DNA from: Eledone cirrhosa
Taxonomy: Eukaryota
Direction of reading: 5' to 3'
NCBI GenBank assembly: GCA_964016885.1
Contig: OZ024742.1
Span: 69,130,001-69,194,000, forward strand
DNA: 64,000 bases
This document shows, piece by piece, positions 26,560 through 38,820 of the stretch. Made by a program: the position numbers and the translations under genes. The notes beneath the pieces are model-generated. The model saw nothing but the letters and a program-made list of their open reading frames with translations, did not search any database and had not been told where the DNA came from. Numbering within the stretch: the stretch's first letter is position 1; every line of letters starts with the position of its first letter.

Positions 26560-27210
26560 TTATTTATTAATTCTTTTTTTTTAAACTCATTTAATATAAT
26601 GGTTACAGAACGAAAACACTAACAAATATAATATATACAAAGGAAAGGGAAAGGGAAAAAAAGAAAGAGAGAAAATACACAAGCACGTAATGCACACATG
26701 AACACAATGACCACAGAACAATATGCAGGCGAAAGAGTGGAAAAAAGAGCCGCTACAAGATAGCAATATAACGAGAAGCACTGGGAAACCTCTCTAATAA
26801 TTTTTGAGGCAGGCCAACACGCTGGCAGCGTTTCTTGGGGTGATGGCGAGGCTGAGGTGCTGGAACAACCAAGTGCCCTCATGAGCATCATCAGTTACCT
26901 CTCTTTGGCGAGCCGCCAGTGAAGATAAGAATCTCGCTGTCAGTAGTCCGACTTCCTCAAACGTCTCGAACGCCACAGGCTGGATAATGTAGTTAGCTGA
27001 CAGAACACGGTATTTTAGGATTTTGTTCCGTTCAGTTGCGGATGCTGTAGCTCTCGCCCTTACCGCTGCATTCAGAATGTTGGAAGAAGCAAAATAATCT
27101 CTAACTGTGACGTCCCAGGTAAGGCACCTGCTTCTTGTCTTTTCCCGTCAATTCTGGACAACCCAGACGGTTCTAAAATTGAGGGATGTTTGCTCAGGCC
27201 AAAGCTCTTA
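26560..27210 (-). mobile_element. 3' end of a CRE-like (RLE) non-LTR retrotransposon
   Basis: WDVTVRDYFASS..TERNKILKY..QPVAFETF..LFQHLSLAITPRNAASVL is a CRE-type restriction-like endonuclease C-terminus. Confidence 0.65.
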
Positions 27211-27414
27211 AGTGGTAATAGGACAGTGTGTGTATGTGCGCGCGTGTGAGTTTGTCGGCGTTCTTAAATTAGAGACACGTGTGTGCGTGTCACTGTTTTT
27301 AAGTTATACATATATATATGCGTGTACCCCTTTCCTTCCTTTTGCACACACATACATTCACACAAACACACATACACATTGCGTGATGGACGTGTGTACA
27401 GAAGTCCCTCAAGT

Positions 27415-28040
27415 TTATATACTGAAGCAGTTAGAGAAGTTCAAGTATCTTGGAGCCGTGTTCATGAGTGATGGATTGTAGAAGGCTGAATTAAGTGCAA
27501 GAATTGCAAAAGCCGATGCAGTAATGCGCCAGCCTCAGCATTTAGCAATCAGATGAAGGGGGGGGGGGTGTAAAAGCCAAACTTGCTGTCTTTCTGGTAT
27601 TCCTGCCAACTGTTACCGAGGGTCATGAATATTGAGTAATGACCAAAAGGATACAATTGCAAATAGAAGTGGCAGAAATGGGATTCCTCCGAAGGATCTT
27701 TGGAGTAACGTTACTCGATAAAGAGACCAGAGAGTCACTCCTGGTAGAGCCGCTACTTCTTCGAATTGAGAGATCACAACTCCGATATTATGAGCATGTG
27801 GTTAGAATGTCTCTGTAAAGAATCGCTGGACATATTTTACAGGCAAAACCAACTGGCAAGAGACCCAGAGGTAGACCCTGAGCAAGATAGTTGGATAACA
27901 TCCATGAGCTTAGCTGGTCACACTTTGGGATCCAGCTGGATCAGTTAGAGATTTTTGCTACTGACTGACTCGCTGGAAAGAGTGTTTGAGAAGGGCTCTG
28001 CCCCCACGACCCTCTCAGAAATAAGTGGGTGAAGAAGAAG
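27415..28040 (+). mobile_element. RTE-clade LINE 3' fragment
   Basis: LEKFKYLG..ARIAKA..EVAEMGFLRRIFGVTLLD..IERSQLRYYEHVVRM..KRPRGRP; short (GAA)n tail. Confidence 0.8.
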
Positions 28041-28510
28041 ATATTGTCAATTTACTTTTCAATTTACATATATCTATATGCATATATATTTGCGTATAAT
28101 ACACATATGCACACTACATACGTTAGCAGAAAACCGCTCGTGGGCGGTTTTTCTGCTCGTCCCAATAATCATAATTAACATCTATCACAAAACCACAACC
28201 TCAAAGATATTTACAATAGAAACATCAATTACAACAAACGTCACTAACCTATCATAACGATCAGTACTACAAGTCTCCCCTCACGCCGCCTCCTCCTCCC
28301 TCCCTCCTCCTCCTCCTCCTCCTCCTCCTCCTCCTAAATATAATCATAATCATCTCATCACATCCCCAACATCCAACACCGTAGCTCCCATCCCACCCTC
28401 ATCCACACCCTCATCATCATCCTTCATTACCACGCTATATGAACAATACAGTTTTTGTTCGTTTCAAACTAATAAAGTACCAATTGTATAAGTAATACTT
28501 CCATTTGCAG

Positions 28511-29071
28511 GTTCGGACTTTAACACAAGCATCACCCTCAATAACAGAAGCAGCAACATTAGCAATAACTTCAACGTCAGAAACAACAGCATCAGCTTTA
28601 ACAACACAATGGATCTGATTATTGCAGCGGCAACTTGTCATCCGATATTGAAGCCATGCCAAAATGGTGAAGACTGCATTGCTGAAAGAGACAACGGGAT
28701 CTATAAATGCCACAACAGCGACATTAGAAGCACGTTAAAACCTCTTAGTTTTACTCCAGCGAACTGTGATCCGATCTCAAGTATTTGTGGAAGTGGTGAA
28801 ACGTGCATATCGCATGACGGTATATATCAGTGTCATATCTTATCAGAGAATATAAAGTACCTTTGTAACCAATGTAAACACGGTGAATGTAAGCTTGACA
28901 AAGACTCAGACGTATATTGTAGCTGCAATCCACAGTGGACAGGAAACTTGTGCATGCAACCTTGCAATAGGGACTGTACAATTGGCACTTGTATTTTGAA
29001 ACAGGGTGAAGCAGTCTGTAATTGTCCAAGAAATTACAAGCCAGAATCGAACTGTACAGAAAACTATTACG
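28511..29071 (+). CDS. Internal exon of paralogous EGF-repeat protein (gene B): Asn/Ser-rich stalk, two 4-Cys EGF-like units, two full EGF repeats
   Basis: Acceptor TTCCATTTGCAG| at 28510. Open frame SDFNTSITLNNRSSNISNNFNVRNNSISFNNTMDL..CQNGEDC..CKHGEC..CSCNPQWTGNLC..CNCPRNYKPESNCTENYY. Phase-1 donor TACG|GTATGA. The last two EGFs align with EGF3-4 of gene A. Confidence 0.8.
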
Positions 29072-29136
29072 GTATGACCATGTTTTATTTTTTAAAGTAA
29101 TTCTGGTTTATCACATTCCTAAAGATCAATGCTTTT

Positions 29137-29214
<78 letters not shown>

Positions 29215-29233
29215 TTATATATATATATATTAT

Positions 29234-29521
29234 GTGAAGGCGCATGGCTTAGTGGTTCGAGCAGTAGGCTTGCAATCGAAAGGTTGTGAGTTTAATTCTC
29301 GGACCGAGTGATGTGTTGTTTCCTTGAGCAAGACACTTTATTTCACTTTGCTCCAGTTTACTCAGCTGAAAATGAGTACCAGCAATAGCTGGATGTTTAA
29401 CCCTGCGATGTACTGGCGCCCTGTCCAGAGGGGAATCTTGTACTCTCAGTCGCTTCACGTCATGAAACCGGGATGAGGACCGGCCAAATGAGCCTTTTGG
29501 CTTAAGACAGACTTTAGACTT
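29234..29521 (+). mobile_element. tRNA-derived SINE with CORE-like and V-like domains (family S2)
   Basis: A/B boxes TGGCTTAGTGG..GTTTAATTCT; CORE-like CCTTGAGCAAGACACTT..CTCAGCTGAAAATG; V-like AACCCTGCGATGTACTGGCGCCCTGTCCAG; tail AGACTTTAGACTTT. Confidence 0.7.
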
Positions 29522-29640
29522 ACGGCCTGCCCGCCTAGCCAGTGGGATGGCGTCATCGTATGGCTAAAACAGCACGTGCTGTGACCAGCGGCGCCGAATG
29601 GCACCCGACAGACTGGTCGGTCAAGGTGTTATATATTATA

Positions 29641-30530
29641 CTAGCAGTAAAGCCCGGCGTTGCTCGGGGTCGCTCAGTAGCTGTGTTAAAGTTACAATGT
29701 TAAGTTTCTTTCTTGGCTTAAAAACTGTAGTGTCTACTGTGCAGACTTGCATGTGGTGTTTTTGATTAATATTCCCTCAACCAACAATATGCCTTATGAA
29801 GTTAAGAAAACATAACGATAACCCGAATGTTATAACAAAAGAGGATGCTGGGGATAAAAACTGCACTGGTTATTTATTAACAAAGATCGAAAATGTAAAC
29901 ACTGCAACGCAGAGAAAAACATTAGCGTAACCAAATTATCAGTTATGTCTGTCTGCACGCCTATATCACCTCTCTGCACGACTGTCTGTCTGCACGCGTA
30001 TATCACCTCTCTGCACGACTGTCTGTCTGCACGACTGTCTGTCTGCACGCCTAACGAAATTTACAGATACATATATTTTAAATAAACTTATATAATTTTT
30101 GCTTTTTTTTACGAAATATTTGCTTGTTTTACGTAGTCTTTAAATAGACTTGTTTTCAAGTAAAAATATTGTTTTAAAAGGCTTTTAAATGGAAATGAAG
30201 CAAAACGGAAGCTTAGTGTTCGCGTGTATTGTGTTAATGTCATTTTAAACGCTGATAAAGCCAGCGTAATTTTTTTAATTTTTGCACGCAGACGCTCAAT
30301 GTAAACAGAACAAAGGGAAATAACTGATCACTTACGCTCAAAAATCGATACATTATATTCGATTTCGTCAGATAGGGCGGGTCAATTTGAAATATTTTTT
30401 TTCCGATGTCTTCGCTAGGGCTCAATGTACAAGTATAGCAATTTCGGTGCAATTCCGTGAGAGATTCTAAGAGGAGATGTGTGCCAAAAATCGATAGACA
30501 GACAGACAACCACAGTTTTATATATATAGA
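29641..30530 (-). mobile_element. Complete non-autonomous Helitron
   Basis: Minus strand begins A|TCTATATATATAAAACTGTGG + (GTCT)n and ends CCCGAGCAACGCCGGG hairpin..CTAG|T; inserted in an AT target. Confidence 0.8.
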
Positions 30531-30693
30531 TTACACAGAAATGACTTCTACAGGGCTACAAATATGTCAGCATGAAATCGCCAGGAATGTCAAACGAGTT
30601 TCATACGAATGAAATATTTCCTGTCCCGCAGAAGTCATTGCTATAATAAATAACCTAACTGTGTCGTTTCCGACCCCCTTTGTAAAACTAGCC

Positions 30694-30729
<36 letters not shown>

Positions 30730-30735
<6 letters not shown>

Positions 30736-32030
30736 GTTAGAATATGTGTAATAAGGCCAAGACAATGCAGATATGGACATAGAAAAAAGAATGCAATAGT
30801 GAGAGATATTGATGTGAATTCGTCTTTCACCTTGAATTTATTTAAATGTCCTTAATTTTCGAGATAATATCTCTTCTTCGGAGGGAAGTAAAGGTCTCAG
30901 ACCAGCGTCTTTAAATTTCTAATGAAGCCATGCTGACCGGAAATAGTATAGAGTATCTGTTCTAACTTTAATATCAAAGAATTAAAATTAGGTGGGTAAA
31001 GAGTAGTCTCCCTTTAAGAGGGGTTTGTTATTGTTATGTTTTTATTTTTGTTGTGTTTTTTTAAATTTTATATGCGTGCCTGTATATGTGTGTGGGAGAA
31101 AGCATGAAGGTGTAGGTATGTGGGTGTGTGTGTGAGTGTGGGAAGATAGGTCTAATCGTAAAAATGGGGGGTAGGTGTTATCTGGTGTTAGAACTGGTTT
31201 TGTGTGTGTATGTGTGAGAGAGAATAAGTGGAGGTGTGCGCGTGCGTGTGTGTGGGGTGTGTAAAGTGGGGCTAGAGGCCCTATCAGGTTATAAATTGGG
31301 TGTTGAGCTCTAGTCTATTATTGATTGGTGGATGTGTTCTATCTATAATGAGTGCTTCCTTGATTCTAAGATTGCCGAGGTTTCTTTCCTTAGTTTCTAT
31401 CCTAACTGTTATGTTTTTATCAGTGTTTTTGCATTTAACTAGGTGTTTCTTAAATGAGGAAGCGTTAGTATTGAGGTGTTCTTTTATTCTTATGTGGAGT
31501 GGTCTGGTGGTGCTACCTACGTAGAAGTTGTTGCATTTGTCACACTCTAGTCTGTAAACTACGTAAGCCTGGTGGCATCGGTCTGTGTCGTTGATGGGGC
31601 AGTTGGCTAGTCTGCAGCAGTTGTCATGTCTGGTGGAGTGTCTCTTAGCTAGCCGTCCGCGCAAAGAAGGACCCGAATGGGCCAGTTGAATATCCAGACC
31701 TTCTCGTCTGATGGCTCTGCGGATGGCTGTTGTTGTTTCTTCACTGAAGTGTGGGAGCTTCAGGAAGCAAGTGTTAGTGCCTCGGGTGTGGTGTCCTCTG
31801 TTCTTTCTGGCACGGTTTGTGGTGGATGTCGTGTATCCGTTCAGTTTGAGTACTTCCAGGAAATGTGTGGTGTGTGTGTCTCGGTCTCTGGCGTCGGTGC
31901 ATTTGTTCTTGATACGTGCCAGTTCGTTCTTTATGTATCCGAACTTGGCACCGAGTGGGAGGGCCGATCTGAAATGTACGAACAGGTCCCTGCAGTTGCT
32001 TACGACTGGTGGCATTTTTGCTAGAAAGCA
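30730..32030 (-). mobile_element. Penelope-like element 3' portion (RT thumb + GIY-YIG endonuclease + tail)
   Basis: ORF 31284-32060: HFRSALP..LKLPH..CPINDTDRC..VVYRLECDKCNNFYVGSTTRPLHIRIKEH..LRIKEALII..PPIN; degenerate hammerhead CCGAAGA-GAGA..TCTC-GAAA at ~30828-30888(-). Confidence 0.85.
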
Positions 32031-32422
32031 CAGCACAATACAGCCAAATTTGTATCTCAATCTAGTGGGAGATTATTACATATAAAAGTTTACATATATA
32101 TATACATACATATACATATACGTGTTTTGCAACCGGTCACTTTGTGGCTCAATGAAAAATTAATAAATTAAACAATCAGAGCTATATATCATAAAACATG
32201 TCTATAGAATCACAAGATAAAATATACACTATTTCCTCTCCCAATTAGCATAATTAACTATATAAAAAATCGAATAGACCAGGCTATAAGAATGAGGCTT
32301 CTATGAAGGAATCTCCGACAAATAACCGAAACTAGCACTTCGCGTCGGCCGTAGCGGAATATTTATCGAATATTTCGACAGCATAATCGCCTAGATATAG
32401 TTAACTAAACAGAATTAGGTTT

Positions 32423-32475
<53 letters not shown>

Positions 32476-32506
32476 TATATAAAATATATATATATATATA
32501 TATAAA

Positions 32507-32559
<53 letters not shown>

Positions 32560-32579
32560 TATATAAAATATATATATAT

Positions 32580-33998
32580 AACGGCGATGAATTAGTTTTG
32601 CGAGGTTTTTGATATGAAATCGTGTGTCGAAACAAATATTGTTATACTTGGGGAGGGTCATATTTGTGTAATATTGCCAGAATTAATAACAGAACACACT
32701 CACTGTTTGGTTGGTTTTCGTTTTTCGCTTCTGTGTCTTTTATATCGGCAATCTAATTTATTCGGTCCTCAATGTTGCCATTGACTGACCAATGGTCAAA
32801 AATAATACAGATACAATATAGACACAAACACATATATATAGTTATCAAAGTTCTTTCGTTGCACATCTGCAACATCGTCAGTGGTGCTATTGTTTCCTCC
32901 CGTTGCATTGTATTTTCTACGCCATCTTTATTTAGTCTGTTTATATATTTATTTATTTGTTTATTTTATTTTGTCTTCTTTGCGCATGCGTTTGCGTGTG
33001 TGTATAGTGTTTTGTTTGATGTGTGTTGGTGATTGGGTGACTGTGTATTGGTTAATGTATTCTATCTTTACTAGTGTGTGTTTATATGTGTTTGTTGTTA
33101 TTGTGCTTGTGTATGTATTTATTTATTTATTTATCTATTTATTTATTTATACTTCTCTTAGGTCAGTGTTGTTTGTTTGGGTGTTGTTGTTATTGCATTC
33201 ATTCTTTCTGTTTAGCCTTGGCCTTCTAAGTTCTATTTCACTGGCCTCTATGATTTGCCTATCTGCTGGGTCATTTCTTTGTTTAGATATTATTCTAATT
33301 TCTATATTGTCTATGTTACCGACGTGTTGTTGTCTGGCATGTTCGTATAGTACTGAACCGTTTTTTCGTCCTTTTAGTTCCCCCCAGTGTTGGTCTATCC
33401 TTTCACCTATGCTACGAGCTGTCTCGCCTATGTATGTTGTTGTCATGTTTCTGCAAGTACCCTCTGTACATCTTATGCTATAGACTACGTTTCTAGTTTT
33501 ACAGTTTATCCGGGGGGGTTACCTTACATATGATACATTTCCTATTAGTACAGTGGGTTTTCTTAAAAGGGTAGGTTTTGCTGATCAGGGATTTTATGGT
33601 GGTTTCTGGCTTTCTACCACCTTAATCTTTAAGTGGGTCTTTCTCAGGGCCTTTCTACACTGGTTAGCTAATTTCCCTCCAGAGGTAGCGTCCACAAACA
33701 TGACACTCTGGTATCTCTGGTTGTCGTACCATGAGGTGGCTTTCCCTATCTTATGTCTAGCCCTATCTAAGCTATTCGATGATTTTCTCCTGTATAATGG
33801 GGAAATTCCTTTTAAGTCCAATTCTATGAGGGTCTTATACTTCTCCATGGCTCCTTCGTATACTCTGACTCTGTCTCTTTGGTTGTAGCCAGAGAACTGC
33901 ATGCGGTTGATGAAGTGTTGGATGTGTCTTTCCATTTGTGTTATTAATTCTGTTATTATTTCTGGCAATATTACACAAATATGACCCTCCCCAAGTAT

Positions 33999-34006
<8 letters not shown>
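32580..34006 (-). mobile_element. Penelope-like element 3' portion with inverted terminal segment
   Basis: ORFs 33594-33968 (RMQFSGY..SVMFVDATSGGKL) and 33147-33446 (YIGETARSIGERIDQH..LYEH..RQIIEA..LN); 32637-32694 is inverted at 33948-34006. Confidence 0.85.
32841..32887 (-). ncRNA. Minimal hammerhead motif in a PLE tail
   Basis: ACCA-CTGACGA-T-GTTGCA GATG TGCAAC-GAAA-GAACTT-TGAT; perfect 6-bp stem II. Confidence 0.6.
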
Positions 34007-34078
<72 letters not shown>

Positions 34079-34082
<4 letters not shown>

Positions 34083-35036
34083 GATACCTATGCTGGGTCC
34101 GTCAACTATAATATATACATATAATATATATATATATACCTATAATATATATATACCTATAATATATATATATATATAATTGATACCTATAATATATTTA
34201 TACCTATAATATATATATATAATTGATACCTATGCTGGGGTCCGTCAACTTATTATTATTATTGTCTCCCAACCAGCAGATTAATGAGTTTAAGTTAAAC
34301 AATTTTTCACATCTTTTATTTTGTTTTGTTTTGATATGCGCTCTAATTCCTGCTATAAACTTTCTCTCTCACTCACATATTGGATCGTATAAGTTGTGGA
34401 ATAGACTGGTTTACGCATGTGGCTGGTCGCTAACCAGCGCGCTACTCTATATCGCTGAGTAATAGCTGTTAGCATTTAATGTCCGGATAAAGGTTTTAGG
34501 CACTACCACTCTTACTATCGCGATTTTATCGCCATGGTACTTGGAGACTAGAGCCGAGTGCTACCATTATTAATTTGTATTTGAAACACGATGGCTAAGA
34601 GTTATGACGGCAGCAGAACTATTTAATTTCTAATCTACTGCCATCACGTAAATTTATAAATCGGTGGCCGGACAGCATTGTATCATATTCCAGTTGCTAA
34701 TCACTTTACTGTCTTGGCCGTCACAAGCAGTCATAGCCGGCACGGACTGGAGTCGAATCCTGTCGATCGATTGGTTATTGACAAGGCGAAACCCGCTGAT
34801 GAAGGCACATGCGCCGATTATGCATTGTTGCATAATATATGCGGAAGAGGGTACAGTACACCATACTGCTGCATTAAGTGTGGCAGAAACTCGAGTTCGG
34901 GAACTACTATAGATACCCGTTTACGTGTGTTGTATTGAAGCGAATAACTGTGTGGGAGTGTATTTTACATTACCTATTGAGTACGCTGAGATGCAACTGG
35001 TCCTAGCATTGATACCTATGCTGGGTTCGTCAACTT
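34079..35036 (+). mobile_element. Non-coding element with short terminal repeats and a degenerate hammerhead
   Basis: ATTGATACCTATGCTGGG..CGTCAACT at ~34080, ~34222 and ~35008; CTGATGA-AGGC ACATGC GCC-GA at 34796; (TA)n flanks. Confidence 0.5.
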
Positions 35037-35060
35037 CTTATTATATATATATATATATGT

Positions 35061-35098
<38 letters not shown>

Positions 35099-35202
35099 CA
35101 GCTCACACCTATGCAGGTTTAGCTAGCCTCCTCCAAGGTATATCTCGTTGGAGGTGTCTTGGGTAATTTAATGATAAGGACCCCAGTCTTATCATCTCAT
35201 TT

Positions 35203-35341
35203 CTACAGCTGAGTAAACTGGAGCAACGTGAAATAAAGTGTCTTGCTCAAGAAAACAACACATCACCCGGTCCGAGAATTGAACTCACAACCTTTCGATT
35301 GCAAGCCCAATGCTCTAACCACTAAGCTATGCGCCTTCACT
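35203..35341 (-). mobile_element. SINE S2 5' half
   Basis: Reverse complement of 29234-29375. Confidence 0.75.
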
Positions 35342-35389
35342 ATATATATGTGTGCATGTATGTATGTATGTATGTATGTATGTATAGTG

Positions 35390-35756
35390 AAGGAGTGAAG
35401 GACCCCTATCCTTTGTCGGGGCATTTTTCTAGGAGAAGGTATCTCAGGAAACTGGGATAACTTCGATATAAAACCTGCGGCTCAGTAGTTACCGATGATG
35501 TTGATCTTTTCTTCTTTTCGGGTTATAGCTACTGTCGCCCAGAGAGTGGGATTGGTTCAGTGCACAGTCTTTCCTCACTTTAAAAAATATCTTCATGCAC
35601 AGGCATTGCATGATAGAATTAATTAATAATTATTAATAATTGTTTCTACTTTTGGCACAAGGCCAGCAATTACCCAGTGTATTACTGGTACTTTATTTTA
35701 ATGGTATATCATGCAATGGCCATACTCGATAACGAGGGGGCAGCCATCATCATCAT
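35390..35756 (+). mobile_element. N1-like RTE-related element with an S1 SINE fragment (35637-35700) inserted in its palindrome loop
   Basis: Homologous to 6445-6737. Confidence 0.6.
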
Positions 35757-36525
35757 GTATGTATGTATGTATGTATGTATGTATGTATGTATATATATAT
35801 AAAGAGAGAGAAAAGGTGAGATTGGAAATAGCACTGAAAATATATTTAAGGGTCTGTTTTTCTTTTTTTTGCCTTTTCTTTGATTCGTCAAAGTGGCATT
35901 ATTGAAAAAAAAATAGGGACAATTCTTTAAGAAAAGTGTTTTATAATGTATATAAAGTATATAACATATGACCGGTTTCGATGTATTAGTGAAATTCGTC
36001 TTATCAAATGTTGAGTATTACAATTAAAAAGAATTAATAAGGATTACAATTAAAAAGAATTAATAAGAATAACTAAGAATTAAAGATTTAAAATCAAGTG
36101 TTGAGGTAAGTTTTGCATCTTCCTTGTTGAGGAGACTGTAACAGAAGGGTTGTAAAAGAAATTCTATTTTGGGGATATGGTTTTAGGGAGTGTGATAGTG
36201 TATATATAAAAAAGATACATGTGAGTGTGTGTGTGTGTGTGTGTATATGTGTGTGTGGGGGGGGGGGAGTGGTGTGTGAGTGTGTGTGTGAGTGTGCTTT
36301 ACCCTGTCTGTCACAGGTCCCTTTGTGGTGGGAAATTAAAAATAGGAGAATATGTGTATGAGCATTTTTTCTCTCTTATTATGTCGTGTATGTCTGTGAG
36401 TGAGTGTGTGTGTGTATGTGGGTGTGTGTGTATGTGTGTGCGCATGTGTGTGTGTGTGTGGGAGGCAGAGAATCTAATGGGGGTGATTACATATTTGAAT
36501 TTGGTTTAAATTTGTTAATAAATAG

Positions 36526-36564
<39 letters not shown>

Positions 36565-36568
<4 letters not shown>

Positions 36569-37397
36569 TTAGGATTGGTGCTCTGAAATAGCGATGTATA
36601 CATGAATGTATGTATAGGATATTTGGCAATATACCGTATGTTTAATTAAAAACATTTTGAAGACCTTGCGCTATCATTTTAAAGTAGTGACTATGTCACT
36701 TACTTCTTTTTTCGGCAAATGAAGGGAGAGAAGCTGACAGATTCTGTTTCACACTGTTGGTGATCCTCAGAACAACGTACCTCTGCCGAAAATTATAGAG
36801 ACTGGATTCTTATAGAATTCCAGTAATCAGGAACTGATTATACAGAGCGATTGCCGGTCCAGCAAACATTGAAAATTAGGATTGGTGCTCTGAAATAGCG
36901 ATGTATACATGAATGTATGTATAGTATATTTGACAATATACCGTATATTTAATTAAAAACCCTTTGAAGACCTTGCGCTATCATTTTAAAGTAGTGACTA
37001 TGTCACTTACTTCTTTTTTCGGCAAAGGATGATAGCGAAAGGGCTTCAAAATGTTTTTAATTAAACATACGGTGTATTGCCAAATATACTATACATACAT
37101 TCATGTATACATCGCTATTTCAGAGCACCAATCCTAATTTTTAATTTTTGCTGGACCGGCAATCGCTCTGTATAATCAGTTCCTGATTACTGGAATTCTA
37201 TAAGAATCCAGTCTCTACAGAGGTACGTTGCTCTGAGGATAACCAACAGTGTGAAACAGAATCTGTCAGCTTCTCTCCCTTCCTTTGCGGAAAAAAGAAG
37301 TAAGTGACATAGTCACTACTTTAAAAATGATAGCGCAAGGTCTTCAAAATGTTTTTAATTAAACATACGGAATATTGCCAAATATACTATACATACA

Positions 37398-37402
<5 letters not shown>
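36565..37402. mobile_element. Hammerhead family H: 307-bp unit + partial tandem + inverted full copy
   Basis: AAAATTAGGATTGGTGCTCTG at 36565 and 36872; inverted copy 37044-37402; flanked by (TA)n. Confidence 0.75.
37230..37270 (+). ncRNA. Minimal type I hammerhead ribozyme (mirror copy 36733-36773 on minus)
   Basis: GCT-CTGAGGA-TAAC CAACAGT GT-GAAA-CAGA A TCT GTC-AGC: intact core, quasi-palindromic stem III, GUC triplet; weak stem II. Confidence 0.7.
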
Positions 37403-37489
<87 letters not shown>

Positions 37490-37491
<2 letters not shown>

Positions 37492-37690
37492 AAAAGAGTC
37501 AGGACCCCGACGGCTGAGTTCCGGCCGTTTCGACAGCTATATCCGAAGTGTTCAGATCTAGCTGTCGAAACGGCCGGAACTCAGCCGTCGGGGTCCTGAC
37601 TCTTTTCCTATTACCCACTCTACTACACTAAGTAACGAGTACTCTGGTGCGTTATGGTCTGCCTGGTTCCTTACCACACTTTCTTTGGTA
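37490..37690 (+). mobile_element. Solo Penelope pseudo-LTR fragment with 49-bp inverted repeat
   Basis: TAGGAAAAGAGTCAGGACCCCGACGGCTGAGTTCCGGCCGTTTCGACAGCTA and its inverse; homologous to 23010-23135. Confidence 0.7.
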
Positions 37691-37715
37691 TACACACACA
37701 CACATACACACACAT

Positions 37716-37746
<31 letters not shown>

Positions 37747-37749
37747 ATT

Positions 37750-38610
37750 TGTCGTTTTGCAAGCCTCAATAATGCAGACAGGTAAATCTCCGGGCAATAG
37801 AATCAGATGCTGATGAGAGAGATGTAAGAGGAAGTGTGGAATGAGACGTATAGGGTGTAGAGGAACGTAGGAAAGAGTGTAAAAATAATAACACGACATA
37901 GAGTTACCTTGGAAGTGATTTAATTGTCCCTATATTTCGGATTTCGCATCCATCAACTGGGGGTTTTCCGAGGGGGAAAGTTTTTAGTCGGAGAGGAACA
38001 ACACGTGGCCTCCGTTGTCTGCCGTTTGTGTACAACTGAGATATTCTGTAGGGCGCGCGTGCACGCGGAATAGCTGCAGTCAAGCAAAGGTCGAGGCAGT
38101 TCTTCTTTAATAGGGTAGTGGGATGGTGCTTCGCTGTCAATCTATTATACTACTTATATTCAGTCTTTGATACTGGCAGTATTGGTTGTCTGCCTGATTA
38201 TTGTTTGTTGGTAGGTGGATGGGGGACACGCTATACACACAATAACAATCATTCGATTGCCACTGTGTGTGTCTGTTGTTGTTTCGTTTGTTTACACCAG
38301 CCATCTCGTCTCGCTTCTATCGGATCGGTTATTTATTTGTGGTCTTAGGTGTTTGATCCAAAGTGCTTTCTTGATTCTTAAAGTGCCGACGTTCCGTTCT
38401 CTCGCTAACACTGTGACAATGGGCCTTCCGTCTTTGTTTCCGCAATTGGTTATGTGTTTCCGGAAAGACGAGTTCCTGGTGTTGATGTGCTCCTTGATCC
38501 GGACATGTAGTGGCTGGATTGTGCTACCGATGTAGTAGTCGTTGCATTTGTCACATTCTACCTGGTATACAACGTACGTAAGCAACAGTTCGTTTGGGCA
38601 AACTTCAACA
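37750..38610 (-). mobile_element. Penelope-like element 3' end (GIY-YIG)
   Basis: ORF 38292-38585 VVYQVECDKCNDYYIGSTIQPLHVRIKEH..PQINNR, closely related to 31284-31600. Confidence 0.8.
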
Positions 38611-38622
38611 CTCTCTTATATA

Positions 38623-38654
<32 letters not shown>

Positions 38655-38820
38655 ATTTTGAGATTGGCAAGAAAAAACAAAGTAGATAAGAAAGATATAA
38701 GATTGATACGCTTTATAATGAATTTCTTATGTTGATTTTGTAAAAAATGTTTGAGCAAAACATTAATGCAAGTAAATATAAAAAAAAAAACAACCAGTAA
38801 GCGAATACGAAATTAAAGGG

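Larger units (their letters stand above)
25912..28159 (+). mobile_element. Non-autonomous Helitron carrying nested CRE and RTE fragments
   Basis: 5' A|TCTATAATATAATAAAG; 3' hairpin AGCAGAAAACCGC..GCGGTTTTTCTGCT ending CTCG|T; the same 3' end recurs at 39230-39353 with intact CTAG|T. Linking the two ends is inference. Confidence 0.5.

Noticed and set aside
29234-29305. tRNA gene
   Set aside because: It is a tRNA-derived SINE head without a full cloverleaf and continues into the SINE body.
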